From assembly GCA_015680685.1 (NCBI GenBank), contig MNCI01003059.1:399699-463698 (forward strand): 64,000 nt of DNA, in the 5' to 3' direction. A program made the translations under genes and the position numbers. Under the pieces are notes generated by a model. It did not search any database and was not told the DNA's origin. It was given only the letters and a program-made list of their open reading frames with translations. Below, in pieces: positions 61,154 to 64,000 of the stretch (position 1 is the first letter of the stretch; each line of letters opens with the position of its first letter). The stretch comes from Gnetum montanum. Lineage: Eukaryota; Plantae; Gnetophyta.

Positions 61154-64000
61154 TGATGAGTGGCGAGGTACCCCTACACTCAACCATATGAATACGAGCG
61201 TTTCATGCACGATCCGGTCGAACTCCATAGATAGACTAGTTGTGGTATCTAGATGGTTATCCTTAGGTCGCAGTTCGCTGTCTTCCCATCTGGACTAGTG
61301 TTAACTTTGTCACGTATGGTTTATTCTAGAATGAGGTGTATGATGTGTTCCTATGCTAACGCTACTCCTGAGTATGATGGTAAATAAGATTAACTAAGCT
61401 AAGAGAGAAAGGATGAGAGAGAATCTAAGCTAGCCTAAGTGCGATGAGCATTCGTTCCTTAATCATCTGTACACATCTTGGACTTCGTGCATGACTACCA
61501 CTGGGATTACCAAGCGCAGATCTTAGGTACGCTACTAGGTTACCAAGTAGTCACACTTAAATGCTTGTAATCAAGTTGTGCTCATTCCACGTTTAACAGG
61601 AGTTTAGGGTAAGAAGATATTAACTAAGAAAGCAGTAAATAAAAATTAAATAAATAATTAAGCTAAGTGAATGCTGCAATGATGAAGTAATCTTGATCTT
61701 TATTTCCATTCATGTGCGTGTCCAAGTATGTCACACTCGAATAAGGATGCCGTACAATTACAATCACCACACCGTGGGCATGCATTGGGAGAGAAGGGTT
61801 GAGAGGAAAAACAAAAACTAAATAAAAACTTAACTAACTAAAAAACTCCCTATCGAAACTATCTACCTCTTATTTATAGATGAGGAGACAGGCTGTGATA
61901 TCGTGGTTGACTAAATGATGACTCATCATACCCCCACGATTGAATGAAAACTCATCCTTGAGTTATAGTGAGAACAAGCTCCATTGATTACACAGTGAAG
62001 AGGTACAGGATTATTGGATGGTGAAAATGGGTTTATGTTGTAGTGTGGAGTCAAAAAAAATTGAGACACAACACAAATAATGTGCTGCAGCTACAAATTG
62101 GTGGAACTCATGTAGTTCCTGGTGGCGGTGGCTCCTCCATAGGTGTCTTTCCCTTTTCTTGCACTCCAGGTCTTGGGATTTGATGGCGTTGAAGTATGGC
62201 CTGGAGTTTCTCCTCTTGTAAGGCCTTGAGTTCCTTGGCATGTGTGTAAGTTTGTACTTATGCCATAGAGGCATCCCAGTTAGCCTTCTCTATTTCTTCC
62301 GCCACCCTTCTATTCTCTATCAACAGTTTATTAAGTTGCTCGGTTTTGAAAGTGTCTAGCTGGTTCTAAACAACCTTTGGCCCTGTATTCGGAAGGTTTA
62401 ATACTTCCAAAATGGCTTGAACAGAGAAATCAACAGTCACACCACAAATGTTAATTGTGGTGCCTTCTTCTTTGTTGTGTCAAAATTGGTACGTTTCCCC
62501 TAGGTACTAGGCACCACTTGCAGAGAGGGTAGGCCATAAGGGAGACCCTTTGAGGTGGTCCCTAATAGCGTCAGGAGCAAACTTTGCGAAAGATTCAAAA
62601 TTTAATTCCACAATCACTGTAGTGAATGTAGACTTCTTGTGAATGGCCTGAACACAATCATGGGGAAATGTGATATGTTGTCCCTATTTAGCTGCTGCAG
62701 CCGCTCCTCCTTCTACCTGCCTTGATTGTATAGTAGCAGGGTCCTCTTGGTGGATGCTAAATGATTATTTCTCTTTCTCTACATGTTGTCTAGAAGGATC
62801 TTGTCTTCCTCCTCTCCTAGGTCATTTGCTCCCACCTTGAGTAGGACCTTCCTGTTGTCAGCGTTTCGGGGCCATCTGCAATCACACAGGGCCAATCGTT
62901 AGTAAGGTTGTTATCAAAGTTACGTTATACCTTACTGCTTGCCTTAATAGATTTACTTTATTTCCATGTGATGTTAATTATTGGAAGAACATGTCCCCAA
63001 AAGATTATAATGTTAAGTCCTCTTTGCTGAGGTGGTTTCCAAATTTAATTTTCTGGTATAGCTAAGGGGATGAAATTATTTTTGACACATTTTATTCTTA
63101 ATTTTACAACTAATTACCCTTAAAGATGTCCTTCAGGTGATGATGAATTTCAAAAAATTTATGCGCTATTTGGCATGTGCCCCTCCTCCACGACTAAGCT
63201 AAACACTCCGAGTTCAAGTAGGTTTAAACGGAATGAAAATCAGAGTACCAACGAGCAAGTTATGGATATGAAAGCAAGGGATGTGCAATCATGAGTCGTA
63301 GAGATGAATTTGAAAAACTTCCCTTGCATGAACAGTTGCAAATGATGTTGATTAGCATAAGGGGGTCACGTATATATATTTTCATTGAAGTTAGGGTACT
63401 TAGAGAATGTACCAAATTTTTAATACTTCTTTGAAATTAAATGATGTAAACTAAGGACATCTAGATGATTGTTAAAGGGTTTCAGGGTAATTCAACTAGT
63501 TCTAAAGGCATGAAAATTATGTTGGTGTAGAATTTATTAATAAGGACCTTGGATGGTAGAGAAAAAGGCTATGTGATGGTTCATAGGAACATTGAATCGA
63601 AGGGATAGTAATAAGGGAAAGAAAATCATTGACAATATGCCAAGGGTAATAAATGGTGTGTGGAAGATGGGTCATGAGTGAAAATTACAAAAACTACGCA
63701 AGTGGGTCCTCCCCAAAGTAGGTTCCAACCTTTAATGCCCTTGCATAACCACACTTAAAAGTGTCCGTGGGCACTCGAAGGGTTAAATGTAATCCACACT
63801 GATTCCACAAAACATACACATGTAAATATCATTGGAATGAGGTAAAAATTTTACATTACACACGACACGAGCTACAATTACACGAACAGTGAGATGAGAC
63901 GAACTATAGAAGGGATTGTAGAGATTGGGACATGAGGTAACTAACCCAGGGCACAGTGAATCCTGCGTGTAAAGCATGATTTAGGTGTCATTAACCTATC
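61154..64000 (-). mobile_element. Element D: 3' end of a second Athila-like element (3' LTR 61154-61928 plus accessory ORF), runs off the window
   Basis: LTR TGATGAGTGGCGAGGTACCCC...GACTCATCA followed by tacccccacgat (same PPT as C); LTR ends resemble C but the body differs. Confidence 0.85.
62108..62875 (-). pseudogene. Short 3' accessory ORF of element D, homologous to that of element C
   Basis: ttgcag|ATGGCCCCGAAACG at 62875; SGA*YLGETYQF*..VDFSVQAILEVLNLP..QEEKLQAILQRHQIP..PPPPGTT*. Confidence 0.65.

Overview
AT-rich, transposon-dense vascular-plant nuclear DNA (species cannot be determined from the sequence). One apparently intact host gene is present: an 8-coding-exon calcineurin B-like calcium sensor (CBL4/SOS3-like, 213 aa, minus strand, 26657-40483) whose introns hold a solo LTR, two RTE LINE fragments and a ~180-bp tandem repeat. 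The rest is mostly nested Ty3/gypsy retrotransposons. Element A is a full-length 20-kb Tat/Ogre-like element (1835-21873, +). Element B is a related Tat-like element (minus, from ~44555) interrupted by a full-length Athila-like element C (47024-59933) and by a second Athila-like element D (61154 to window end). There are also three solo LTRs and a decayed copia-like remnant. The most unusual structure is in element A: gag-protease and RT-RH-aRH-INT are separated by ~7.3 kb carrying an antisense gene of about 8 exons (~1,060 codons, decayed). By hand alignment this gene encodes a catalytically altered FCP1/NIF-type HAD phosphatase domain, a gypsy accessory domain and coiled-coil segments. The coding modules of A are bracketed by arrays of a short conserved motif. 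All domain calls are by-eye motif recognition, not database searches.
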